Source: Oculatellaceae cyanobacterium bins.114 (GTDB lineage Bacteria > Cyanobacteriota > Cyanobacteriia > Elainellales > Elainellaceae). From it: a stretch of DNA of 16,713 nucleotides. A program made the position numbers and the translations under genes. Location of the stretch: positions 1 through 16,713 of the forward strand of contig JANRJA010000015.1 of assembly GCA_033764315.1 (NCBI GenBank). Direction: 5' to 3'. Below are positions 1 through 8,530 of this stretch, piece by piece. Below the pieces are notes generated by a model. That model was not told the DNA's origin and did no database searches. It worked only from the letters and a program-made list of their open reading frames with translations. The stretch's first letter is position 1, and each line of letters begins with the position of its first letter.

Positions 1-2
1 GG

Positions 3-257
3 GCAGAAGTATATTGGTACATCTTTGATAAAAGATCCGCGACCGCGCAAGAAGTCGCCCTCGGTACTCGCATGGCAAAAAATACCGCTCAAGGTCACTT
101 AGCCGCATTGGAGCAGATTGGTATTTTGTCGTCTATAGGAAAACCCAAGCTTTATAGAGTTCAAGAAAATTTTCCCGAAGAGTATAAAATTGTGCTAAGA
201 GAACTAGAGTCTCTTGCCCGTTCTAGTTGGCGACTTAACGGTATTGAGCCAGTATAG
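3..257 (+). CDS. 3' part of a winged-helix DNA-binding protein (5'-truncated by window)
   Basis: The frame of ORF 72..257 is open back to position 3: AEVYWYIFDKRSATAQEVALGTRMAKNTAQGHLAALEQIGILSSIGKPKLYRV. This fits a wHTH pattern (T-x-x-E-V-A ... T-A-x-x-H-L-x-x-L-x-x-x-G-I-L ... P-x-x-Y). Confidence 0.6.
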   Translation, partial: AEVYWYIFDKRSATAQEVALGTRMAKNTAQGHLAALEQIGILSSIGKPKLYRVQENFPEEYKIVLRELESLARSSWRLNGIEPV

Positions 258-294
258 TTTCAAGAGTAGATAGAATTTAAGTGCTTAATTGGAT

Positions 295-336
295 TCGGGT
301 AAAAGGGGGCACGCTGCCGTGTCCCCTTTTACCCGA
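295..336. terminator. Long hairpin, probable terminator between the convergent wHTH gene and tRNA
   Basis: tcgggtaaaagggggcacg-ctgc-cgtgtccccttttacccga: 19-bp stem with one G-T pair and a 4-nt loop, starting 38 nt after the stop at 257. Confidence 0.65.
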
Positions 337-422
337 TTAGAGCATTAAAATCCTCCGCAAGCGGATAGCCAAATAAAATCCAAGCAAAAATACCTAAAAT
401 CTATGTTGGCGCAACCCAAGTT

Positions 423-488
423 ACAAGCATAAGATGAGCAGCGAAAAAAACAAGCATAAAGTGAGCATTTTGCTCAACTTATGGTTGT
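423..488. repeat. Three 18-bp repeats (two direct, one inverted), probable protein-binding sites
   Basis: acaagcataagatgagca (423-440), acaagcataaagtgagca (450-467), and 471-488, whose reverse complement is acaaccataagttgagca. Confidence 0.8.
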
Positions 489-495
489 ATGCCCA

Positions 496-527
496 AGCGT
501 ACATTTAATGTGCGAACGTACAGTACA
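496..527 (-). mobile_element. Putative Tn7-like/type V-K CAST-like transposon end remnant
   Basis: The minus strand just past the tRNA 3' end reads tgtac-TGTACGTTCGCACATTAAATGTACGC: a TGT terminus plus a site resembling (from memory) cyanobacterial V-K TnsB-binding ends. Only one such site is visible. Confidence 0.4.
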
Positions 528-529
528 AA

Positions 530-602
530 TGGAGCTAAGCGGACTCGAACCGCTGACCCCCTCAATGCCATTGAGGTGCGCTACCAACTGCGCTATAGCC
601 CC
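530..602 (-). tRNA. tRNA-Ala(GGC)
   Basis: Reverse complement GGGGCTATAGCGCAGTTGGTAGCGCACCTCAAT-GGC-ATTGAGGGGGTCAGCGGTTCGAGTCCGCTTAGCTCCA: full cloverleaf, G3:U70 alanine identity pair, CCA not encoded. Confidence 0.98.
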
Positions 603-616
603 GTAATGCGTATTCC

Positions 617-645
617 ATCATGCCTGACTATGGGCACTTCGTCAA
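617..645 (-). promoter_or_regulatory. Sigma70-type promoter of tRNA-Ala
   Basis: Minus strand TTGACG (645-640), 17-bp spacer, CATGAT (622-617), ending 14 nt upstream of the tRNA. Confidence 0.7.
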
Positions 646-742
646 GTCTTTTAGATCTTTAGCATCTCCTCCAGTCTAGCGCGTCCTAGAAACGGTACAG
701 TTGGCTTAGTAAGTCCAACCCGCGTTCTCACGTTCGATTTCT

Positions 743-1831
743 ATGACCATTACACCCCCTGACAATTTCAACCCTCACCCTGATGAGAGCAACATTGATG
801 TCGAAGACCTGTTGCGATCGCTCCGACGCAAAGAGGGCACCTGGCACAATTGGGGGCAAGCCTGTCAACAGTTGCAAAAAGTGGGCTATAACCCCCAACA
901 AATTTTTGAGGCGACAGGGTTTGAGCCAATTCAGCAAAACCAGATCGTGGTAGCGGCTCAGGTGTATGAGTCCATTCAAAAAAGTGGTGTGTCTACCAGT
1001 GTGCAAGACCGATTTGAGCGGACAGGCAGTGATTCGTTATATGAGTTGCGTATTCTTAATCAGGGCGATCGCGCCGCCGCCGCAGAACTGTTAGTAGAGA
1101 AGGGGATAGACTCTGAAGGAGCAAAAGAGGTTGCTAAAGCCCTCAAAGATTTTTCTCGCTTATCCAACCCGCCTGCTGAGTTTGCTAGCCCTCCAGGGGA
1201 TGCCGTGGCTTATCACTATTGGCGATTGGCGCGACAGCAGTCTGACCTGCAAATGCGATCGCGCCTGATTGCAATGGCGTTACGGTTTGCCAATAGTGAA
1301 TCAGCCCGCCGCCAAGTGGAGCAATTACTCACTGACTTTACGGTGAGTCAAACCAAAAAAGCACCCACCCTCCCGATTTATCGACTGGAGTCAGAGTCGG
1401 AGTTGCCAAGAATCTTGCCTGTTGTGGGCAAGTTGCCCCTGACGATTTCAGATTTGCAAGCAGTACCTTTGTTAGAAGAAGAAGGAGCATTTCGCCTCGT
1501 AAAATTTTCAGGGACGGGTGCTTGGGTGCCTGTTCCGGGGTGGCAAGTTGTTTTTAGTGCCGAAGATCCGGTGGTGATTTTGGCGGATAGTGATCAACTG
1601 CCCCACTCTTTACCCGGAGCCGTAGAAGAGGTGTTGGTGATGATCGATCGCGCCCAACGCGAGTGGGATGATTTGAGTTACTTTGTGATTGAACAAGAGG
1701 GACAATTGCAATTTCAGTGGTTTGCTGAGCCTTCTAATGTGCAACTGTTAGGGCGAGTATTGGTGGTGTTGCGTCCTAAGAAGGTGTTGGATGAAGACTT
1801 TAACAAGGAGTTATGGCAGATCGAGGAATAG
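743..1831 (+). CDS. raf1: RuBisCO accumulation factor 1
   Basis: 362 aa. Family motifs LRRKEGTW, GYNPQQIFEATGFEPIQQNQIVVAAQVY, SDSLYELRIL, PGDAVAY and C-terminal GRVLVVLRPKKVLDE...WQIEE. Confidence 0.95.
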   Translation: MTITPPDNFNPHPDESNIDVEDLLRSLRRKEGTWHNWGQACQQLQKVGYNPQQIFEATGFEPIQQNQIVVAAQVYESIQKSGVSTSVQDRFERTGSDSLYELRILNQGDRAAAAELLVEKGIDSEGAKEVAKALKDFSRLSNPPAEFASPPGDAVAYHYWRLARQQSDLQMRSRLIAMALRFANSESARRQVEQLLTDFTVSQTKKAPTLPIYRLESESELPRILPVVGKLPLTISDLQAVPLLEEEGAFRLVKFSGTGAWVPVPGWQVVFSAEDPVVILADSDQLPHSLPGAVEEVLVMIDRAQREWDDLSYFVIEQEGQLQFQWFAEPSNVQLLGRVLVVLRPKKVLDEDFNKELWQIEE

Positions 1832-1839
1832 ACCTGGCT

Positions 1840-3615
1840 CTAGCAACGATAGAGCTGATAGGGAAAGCCCAACCGATGATATTCCTCTGGATCGCGAGTG
1901 CAAAGGCTATTGGTATTGGCTAAACGCAGATGAGGAGGGAAATCTTGTCGTCGGCTTTCGGGTGACACGACCCACAGGCGGAGCGGCAAGGGCAACGGTT
2001 GAGTCATTTGGGCAAGCGTCAGGCGAGGTGGGTCTGTTTGCGGGCGGCGATCGAGAAACCCAAAGCGCATAGAAAGGTCAGGAGCGATCGCCCCTACATC
2101 AGGGTGAACCCTCTGGTCAATCTCAGCGATGTAAGAGTCGTGAGTCTGCAACTCTAAGGCAATACTTAAACCCAACGCAATTTCTTGTAATGAGCGATAG
2201 TTGGTAACAACGATCAGCGGCTCCGCAGGATAGAGTAAAACGTCTTCAGCGACTTCATCAGGGTTGTAAGACTTTTGCAAGACCCACCCCTGCACCACTA
2301 ATAGGCTACTGAGGAACCCCGCCATTAGCACGATCGCCCATCGCCGGGATGGAGCCTGGAGCAAACCTGATCCGGGCTTTAGAAGATAGGGTAATCTCAA
2401 AAGTTTAGGTTGAGCCGGAAAGACACCCCCCTTTAGAGAAGCTAAACACACCCCCAGCAAAGCACACATGCCGGGATAGTAGACAAAGTTATATCGGGGA
2501 ACGGCCGTGATATCTTTATCTAGCCCATAGGCGATCGCAAAAAATTGAGCGACGACACAAGCCGTAAAGCCTGCAATGAGCACCAGCGCAGACCGAGACG
2601 AGGGTTGTTGCCACTGCTGTTTGGCTCCTTGCACTGCCTGTCGCACCAGCCACACCAAGAATAAGCCAATGACTGCAATCACGAATAAAGCGATCGCCCA
2701 GTGCTCATCTTGAATGGGGAGGGCGATCACCATCAGCATCCAACCCACCAGCGTTTGATAGATCGGGGCAAGACGAGTCAGCCAGGTGGGGTCTTGAGGA
2801 GTGAGCCAGTCAGTTTCAGGGCGACTGAAGTGACTCATGACCGTACTCAGCCAGGGCAGGTAGCTCAAACCAACCACCACAACTGCCAAGCCAAATAGGG
2901 TCATTGCTTTTGCAGGCACCCGTCGCCACAGCATCCAACCGCCAAAGGCAACGACCTGAGCGATCAACGCCAAAATGCAAAAGTAATGGGTGTAGAGAGC
3001 TAAAACATTCACCCCAACCCAGCCCAGCCAGACCCAGGGGCAAACTTGTCGGTGTTGAATATCTTGTTGCATCTGCACCAACCCGACCAGTGCCAGCGTG
3101 ATCAATAGCATAGGCAGCGTATAGTGCCGCGCCTCTTGCGACAAATAGACCGCAAAGGGAGAAACTGCCATCAGTGCAGCAGCTAACAAGCCTGCGGTAG
3201 CTGAAAAGGCAATCCGGTTTAACCAATAGATAGCGGCGATCGCCCCCACTCCAAACAAGGCAGGAAGTGCCCGCAATGCCCAAATCCAATCATCGGCTCC
3301 TGGTTTAAGCCAACTCATCCAACCATGTAAGAGGCAAAAAAACAGGGGAGGATGCACCGACTCAGTCGCCACAGTTTTGGTAATTTGTGGACAACTCACC
3401 CCAACTTGCACCGTAAAGAGTTGCTGCAAGTCGGCGATCGCAAAGAATTCTTGAGTGGGAATGTCGTCGTAGCTGCGACCCAGGCTAAAGATCGCCGTGA
3501 GCACTTCATCCATCCACAAGGGTTTGGTGTCGAGATGCCAAAAGCGCAAGGCTGCTCCCACCAATAGAATGGCAGCGAATCGGAAGGAGTGGAGAGTAGT
3601 TTTGTTGAGAGCCAA
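1840..3615 (-). CDS. GT-C fold membrane glycosyltransferase (family 39/PMT-like)
   Basis: 591 aa, multi-TM. Motifs LRFWHL..KPLWMDE, HPPLFF, LRALPALFG, SPFAVYLSQEARHY, LYTHYF, PRY. TTG start uncertain. Confidence 0.85.
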   Translation of the reverse strand: MALNKTTLHSFRFAAILLVGAALRFWHLDTKPLWMDEVLTAIFSLGRSYDDIPTQEFFAIADLQQLFTVQVGVSCPQITKTVATESVHPPLFFCLLHGWMSWLKPGADDWIWALRALPALFGVGAIAAIYWLNRIAFSATAGLLAAALMAVSPFAVYLSQEARHYTLPMLLITLALVGLVQMQQDIQHRQVCPWVWLGWVGVNVLALYTHYFCILALIAQVVAFGGWMLWRRVPAKAMTLFGLAVVVVGLSYLPWLSTVMSHFSRPETDWLTPQDPTWLTRLAPIYQTLVGWMLMVIALPIQDEHWAIALFVIAVIGLFLVWLVRQAVQGAKQQWQQPSSRSALVLIAGFTACVVAQFFAIAYGLDKDITAVPRYNFVYYPGMCALLGVCLASLKGGVFPAQPKLLRLPYLLKPGSGLLQAPSRRWAIVLMAGFLSSLLVVQGWVLQKSYNPDEVAEDVLLYPAEPLIVVTNYRSLQEIALGLSIALELQTHDSYIAEIDQRVHPDVGAIAPDLSMRFGFLDRRPQTDPPRLTLAQMTQPLPLPLRLWVVSPESRRQDFPPHLRLANTNSLCTRDPEEYHRLGFPYQLYRC

Positions 3616-3760
3616 GGGTGGAGGGGTTAGGGGTTAGGGGGACAAAAGGAGGAATGGTGAACGATTGATCATTCTAAGGCGGTGGGTGTCATGCACTGTA
3701 ATCCCAAGTCAATGTGAAACTGCGCTCAAGCAACGACCCCCTAGAGTTCCCCTTTGCTAA

Positions 3761-3921
3761 GCTACGGTGTATAACAAGCCTTCTAAGCTAGCCAATGCTA
3801 GGGTTGATCCTCCCTAACCCTCCTTAAAAAGGAGGGGATCGGACTCAAAGTCCTCTTTTTAGGGAGATTGAGGGGGATCGTGCAGAAAGTTGGCATCTCA
3901 ACTGAGATCTGTGTACACGGC
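3761..3921. mobile_element. MITE-like repeat, family A copy 1
   Basis: Imperfect inverted ends gctacggtgtataaca ... tgtgtacacggc. The core (aatgctagggttgatcctccctaaccctccttaaaaaggagg...tcaaagtcc) recurs at about 12462-12521. Confidence 0.7.
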
Positions 3922-4006
3922 TCCGCTCAACCCAAATTTTGAATTGAGTTTAATGCGGTTCTCCTATTGAGTAACGATTTGACCATTAACCAGCTTAACC
4001 CTCCCC

Positions 4007-5407
4007 TTAACTCAATCCTCGTCTAAAGAGATACACGTCATCTCGTTGATAACGCAACTGAAATTGCGGATGTTGCTGTAGATGTTGCAGTAAATCAGTA
4101 GCAACATCCTGTTGTTGAGGGTCAGGATGGCGCATATCAAGCCAGACATAATCGATATCTTGGAGCAAAAGGCGAAAGCGTCGTCCTAGCAGTTTGACGA
4201 CCGGACGTTGGCTCACCTGGGATGCCAGTCGATTATCAGTGAGCACCCCGCCTTGGGTTTGAATGTGGGCGATCGCCTCACGATTTGCCTGCCAGGTATC
4301 CATTGCCCCCAAGTAGCGAGAACCAAAGTAGCCCACCTTTGCAAAGGCGAAAAAGAACACCAGTGACCAGAGAATTGCCCATCGAGGTTGACGCAACCAG
4401 CTTTGATCGGCTGCAACGGTCGCAATTACCACAAGCATCAAAAATGGCAGGGCTGGCAGCGAATATTGATGCAGCAAATCTTTTTGACCACTCCCTTCAC
4501 TTAACAGATTTAAAAAAACAGTCGGCAGGGCACCTATCAACGCACTGCTATGTCGCCCTGACAGACCCCAAATTAAAGGCAAAAATAGGATTGTCAGATA
4601 GCCGAAATTAGTCAGATTCAAGATTTGTGATGCCGCCAGACCTGGGTTGAGAATCAATGTCTTGGCTATTTCTAGAGGAGAACTACCAAAGTCAGCATAG
4701 CGGCTGACGGCGGCTGGAGGTGCCCCACTAAAAACGGGAATGATCCACTGAGTTGCAAAGAGAAACCAACTGATTCCCGCAAGCAGGGCGATCGCTCCCA
4801 TGATTCGCCGCTTTTCAAAGATCAGCAGCCACAGACCCAGCGCTGCCACTGTCAGCGAGAGCACGGCTTTGAGACTTAGCACAAAAGCGATCGCCCCACA
4901 AAACCACGCAACTCGATGTGATCGCGCTGCCCACACAGCGGTTAATAGCCCGACGGGGGCTAAGACATCGGGGTGAAAGTCAAATAAGTTGACGTTAAAG
5001 ATCAGGGGATACAAGAGATAGACAATGGCAAGGGCGATCGCCCACCGTTCACTAGTGCCTGCTTGCCGAGCTAGTGCCCACACGGGCAATGCTCCTAGTG
5101 CCAATCCCACAGCTTGCACAAAAAATAGCCAATGCACATCCGGATGAATCGCATACAACACCGCTAGAGGATAAAAAATAAACGCGGCATGATCTCCCAA
5201 AATGTGAAATCCCATCAGTGACGAGATGGGAGGCAACCCCTGACTGATGAGATAAACGGCTTGATCAAAAATCCCCAGATCAAAGCCAGTTGAATACATC
5301 AGCGCATGACGCACACTGCTGGCGATGAATAACACCACCGCACTGCCCACAATCCAACGGGTGAGTAGGTGTTGACTGAATCGCTTGACGGCGGAGAGAG
5401 ATGGCAT
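4007..5407 (-). CDS. DUF2079-like membrane protein (putative GT-C glycosyltransferase)
   Basis: 466 aa, multi-TM. Motifs GFDLGIFDQ, HILGDH, NLFDFHPD, HQYSLP. Confidence 0.8.
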   Translation of the reverse strand: MPSLSAVKRFSQHLLTRWIVGSAVVLFIASSVRHALMYSTGFDLGIFDQAVYLISQGLPPISSLMGFHILGDHAAFIFYPLAVLYAIHPDVHWLFFVQAVGLALGALPVWALARQAGTSERWAIALAIVYLLYPLIFNVNLFDFHPDVLAPVGLLTAVWAARSHRVAWFCGAIAFVLSLKAVLSLTVAALGLWLLIFEKRRIMGAIALLAGISWFLFATQWIIPVFSGAPPAAVSRYADFGSSPLEIAKTLILNPGLAASQILNLTNFGYLTILFLPLIWGLSGRHSSALIGALPTVFLNLLSEGSGQKDLLHQYSLPALPFLMLVVIATVAADQSWLRQPRWAILWSLVFFFAFAKVGYFGSRYLGAMDTWQANREAIAHIQTQGGVLTDNRLASQVSQRPVVKLLGRRFRLLLQDIDYVWLDMRHPDPQQQDVATDLLQHLQQHPQFQLRYQRDDVYLFRRGLS

Positions 5408-5738
5408 AACGAGTGCTAAACATCTGGATGAGTCGTTTGAGGATAATTCCTTCAGCTAAGACTGTATCCGAAGGGTGCCCCTTAAAGGAACGCGAATTTG
5501 GAACAAGAAGTCAGGTACCGCCTTCGCCCCAAATGATTAGCGTTAATATGGGACGAAGCAGCACCATAGTGGGCTGTTCTAACTTTCTCAGCAGGTTGAT
5601 CAGGTTTTGATTATCAGTCATGAACGTAACTCTGTAGCCAGACTCAAACTTAAACTATGGTGTTAATGGGTTATGGCGAGAGAAGACGCCTGCATCATCA
5701 CTGGCAACACACTGGCAACACATGCCTGCAAAAGTGAA

Positions 5739-8174
5739 ATGGTAACGACTCAAACACAAGCGATCGACCCCACTGCTCTGATTGAAGGAATTGAACGGTT
5801 GCGGCGACAGTTGCGACCGGGGCAGCAACGGATGGCAGATTGGGATGGGGGTTCCCTGGCGGTGTCGGCGGTGCCGGGTTCCGGGAAATCCACTGGGATG
5901 GCGATCGCAGCGGCTATTTTGCTGGCTAAACGACGACTCCGGGCGATCTTGCATCAAGTGTTGCCCACCGATCAATTGGTATTGGTGACGTTTACGCGAT
6001 CGGCAGCAGCAAACCTCAAAGCCAAGATTCGTGGCTATTTGCGCGAGTTGGGATTGCCCACCACCGGATTTGCCGTTTACACGCTGCATGGGTTGGCACT
6101 CAATATTGCAACTCGTCATCCTGGGTTGTCGGGTTTGACGCTCGATCGCCTCACGCTTGTTTCTCCCACCCAAAATAATCGGTTGATTCGTGCCTGTGTC
6201 GAGCAGTGGATTGCAGCAAACCCGCAACACTATCAGCGGCTATTAGAAGGGCAACAGTTTGACGGAGAAGAAAGTGAGCGATTGCGGCGACAGTCGGTGT
6301 TGCGAACGGAAGTATTGCCAGAGTTAGCCACCACGGTGATTCATGAAGCCAAAAGTTCGGGGTTGCTGCCTGCAAAATTACATGAAATGAGTGTTGAAGT
6401 GCGATCGTCTCTCCATCTCTCTCAGTCGGGAGATGAAGCTGATTATGACGTGTTGGCGATCGCCGCTGGACTATACGAAAATTACCAGGCGTTGTTGCAA
6501 CAGCGTCATCTGATTGACTATGACGACATGATCTTGGCGGCCTTGCGTGTCCTTGAGAATGACAGTGCCCGTCACGTGTGGCAACAACAAGTCTTTGCCG
6601 TGTTTGAAGACGAGGCACAGGATTCTTCTCCATTGCAAACTCGATTGCTAGAGATCCTGGCGGCAAGTCCGCTGGTGAAGTCTCAAAGTTCCGCAGAATT
6701 GGGCGATTTAGGGGGCATTGCCAACTATCTGAACTTGGTGCGGGTTGGTGATCCTAATCAGGCTATCAACTCCACCTTTACGCCTGCTGATCCGGTCTTT
6801 TTTCGAGAGTTTTGTATTCATTGTGCAACGCAAGGCCGACTGGCAGAAATGGATCAAGCTGGACGCAGCAGCCAAACCATTATCGATGTCGCCAATGCCA
6901 CCCTGAAGTGGGTGAATGCTCGCTATGGAGGCAACCCCAACTCAACTCCAGCCGCGATCGCCGCGACAGATGCTCAACCTCAAGCCCCATTTCGGCTTCA
7001 AGAAATTCATCCGGTTTCTCTGGGCGATCCACAAGCGGATGCCAACCCCAAACCAGAGGGGTGGGGAGTCGAAATTCGCTTTCCACAAGATGTTTTGCAC
7101 TCAATCGAGTTGATGGCACAACGGTTAGCCGATGTGTTTAGTCGCTATCCCGATGGACGAGCCGCCATTCTAGTGCGAGAAAATAGACAGGGCAAATGGA
7201 TCGCTGATGTATTGCAAAACCCAGCTCAGTACAAGGTGGGGGTGAATTTGGGCGAGTTGGGCATCGAGATCTATGATGTGGGTCAACGCGATCGCCATTC
7301 CCATGTTCCTCTTGAAATTCTGGCATTGCTGCAATTTGTTGATCGCCCTCATTCCCCTGACAATCTCAAAGCAGCCCTCAAAGTGTTGGTCGATCGGCAA
7401 CTGATTCCCAAACAAGACCTGAACGCATTGACCGTTGAACCTGAGCAGTTCTTGTATCCTGGGCCACTAGAAACCCCCCAACCGGAACCCGTGGTGCAGG
7501 CACGTCGCTATTGCACGGCTCTGGTGCGGGCGCGGTTAGAGTTGCCGCTCTATCAACTGATCTCATTTTTGGCACTGACTCTGAAATATGACCCGACAGA
7601 ACTAGCCACTGCTGACAAATTGGCAGAGCGGATTGGTCGGCAAACAAGCGATCGCCAATCGATGAGCACAATGCTGGATGCTCTGGGGGAGGTCGTGCGA
7701 TCGGAGCGGTTTTCCACCGTGGAAACGGATGATGCCGAAGCCCAATACACTCGCCCCAGGCAAGTCACCATCATCACCATGCACAAAGCCAAAGGACTAG
7801 ATTGGGATTTTGTCTTCATTCCCTTTCTGCACGAGCAATCTATCCCAGGTCGCCGTCGCTTGCCACCCCAGGCTCAGTTTTTAGGCGATTTTGGCTTATC
7901 CGAAGTAGCACGAGCACAGATTCGCGCCCACATTCACAAAGAACCTGTTCCAGGGGGTGAGATGGCGTGGCACCGAGCCGAATATCTGCAAATGGCAGAG
8001 GAGTTTCGCCTGCTCTATGTGGCGATGACTCGTGCTAAACGGTTGTTGTGGATGGCAGCCGAGCGCAAAGCCCCCTTTACCTGGAGCAACCCAGACAATT
8101 TGGAAGCGAAGATTCCCTGTCCGGTGTTACCGTTTTTGGTAGAGCGGTTCCCCCAGGTAATGCAGAAAAGTTAA
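5739..8174 (+). CDS. ATP-dependent DNA helicase, UvrD/Rep (SF1A) family
   Basis: AVPGSGKS (I), VTFTRSAA (Ia), TLHGLA, DYDDMI, EDEAQD (II), VGDPNQAI (III), TMHKAKGLDW (V), EEFRLLYVAMTRAK (VI). The ORF is open from 5673; the in-frame ATG at 5739 is my preferred start. Confidence 0.92.
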   Translation: MVTTQTQAIDPTALIEGIERLRRQLRPGQQRMADWDGGSLAVSAVPGSGKSTGMAIAAAILLAKRRLRAILHQVLPTDQLVLVTFTRSAAANLKAKIRGYLRELGLPTTGFAVYTLHGLALNIATRHPGLSGLTLDRLTLVSPTQNNRLIRACVEQWIAANPQHYQRLLEGQQFDGEESERLRRQSVLRTEVLPELATTVIHEAKSSGLLPAKLHEMSVEVRSSLHLSQSGDEADYDVLAIAAGLYENYQALLQQRHLIDYDDMILAALRVLENDSARHVWQQQVFAVFEDEAQDSSPLQTRLLEILAASPLVKSQSSAELGDLGGIANYLNLVRVGDPNQAINSTFTPADPVFFREFCIHCATQGRLAEMDQAGRSSQTIIDVANATLKWVNARYGGNPNSTPAAIAATDAQPQAPFRLQEIHPVSLGDPQADANPKPEGWGVEIRFPQDVLHSIELMAQRLADVFSRYPDGRAAILVRENRQGKWIADVLQNPAQYKVGVNLGELGIEIYDVGQRDRHSHVPLEILALLQFVDRPHSPDNLKAALKVLVDRQLIPKQDLNALTVEPEQFLYPGPLETPQPEPVVQARRYCTALVRARLELPLYQLISFLALTLKYDPTELATADKLAERIGRQTSDRQSMSTMLDALGEVVRSERFSTVETDDAEAQYTRPRQVTIITMHKAKGLDWDFVFIPFLHEQSIPGRRRLPPQAQFLGDFGLSEVARAQIRAHIHKEPVPGGEMAWHRAEYLQMAEEFRLLYVAMTRAKRLLWMAAERKAPFTWSNPDNLEAKIPCPVLPFLVERFPQVMQKS

Positions 8175-8200
8175 TGGCGATCGCCTCTTTCCTCTTGAGG

Positions 8201-8463
8201 TTACTGTGTATACATAAATCCTCTCAACTCCCTATATCTCCCAATTCCGAGAAACTTTGAGTCTTTGTCAAAGGGCTTGACTAGATCAGAAACACCCGTA
8301 CTGGGTAGAGATGCGAAGCGTGTCCTTGGGTTAACCGAAACGCCTTCTGCTAGGGGGTTTGGGGGAGGCAGTGGCGTCCCCCAATGGGGGTTTGGGGGAT
8401 TCTCCCCCAATGCCTGGTTCTCAAGCTTGTTGAAACAACCAAGTGTTTTATTGATACACGGTT
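8201..8463. mobile_element. Composite MITE-like/palindromic repeat between convergent genes
   Basis: The left end ttactgtgtatacataaatcctctcaac matches 12281 (ctacagtgtatgcacaaattctctcaac). Possible right end tgatacacggtt. Two internal ttggggga...tcccccaa hairpins at 8359-8384 and 8392-8410. Confidence 0.55.
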
Positions 8464-8530
8464 GCTTTTGAGTAAAGGAGGTGTAGCAGACAGTGGAGTA
8501 TTGAAGATTTCAAAAATCTGCACCAGACCT

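Noticed and set aside
743..1831. raf1 not adjacent to rbcL/rbcS as an anomaly
   Set aside because: raf1 is commonly unlinked from the rbc operon in cyanobacteria.
5700..5721. 11-bp tandem duplication actggcaacac x2
   Set aside because: Real, but only two copies near the helicase start. Most simply a local duplication; it mainly argues that the upstream ATG (5673) is not the true start.
5655..7819. Multiple overlapping ORFs within the helicase (and similar ones within the GT, NACHT, MFS and aminotransferase genes)
   Set aside because: Alternative-frame or antisense shadows of well-supported CDSs.
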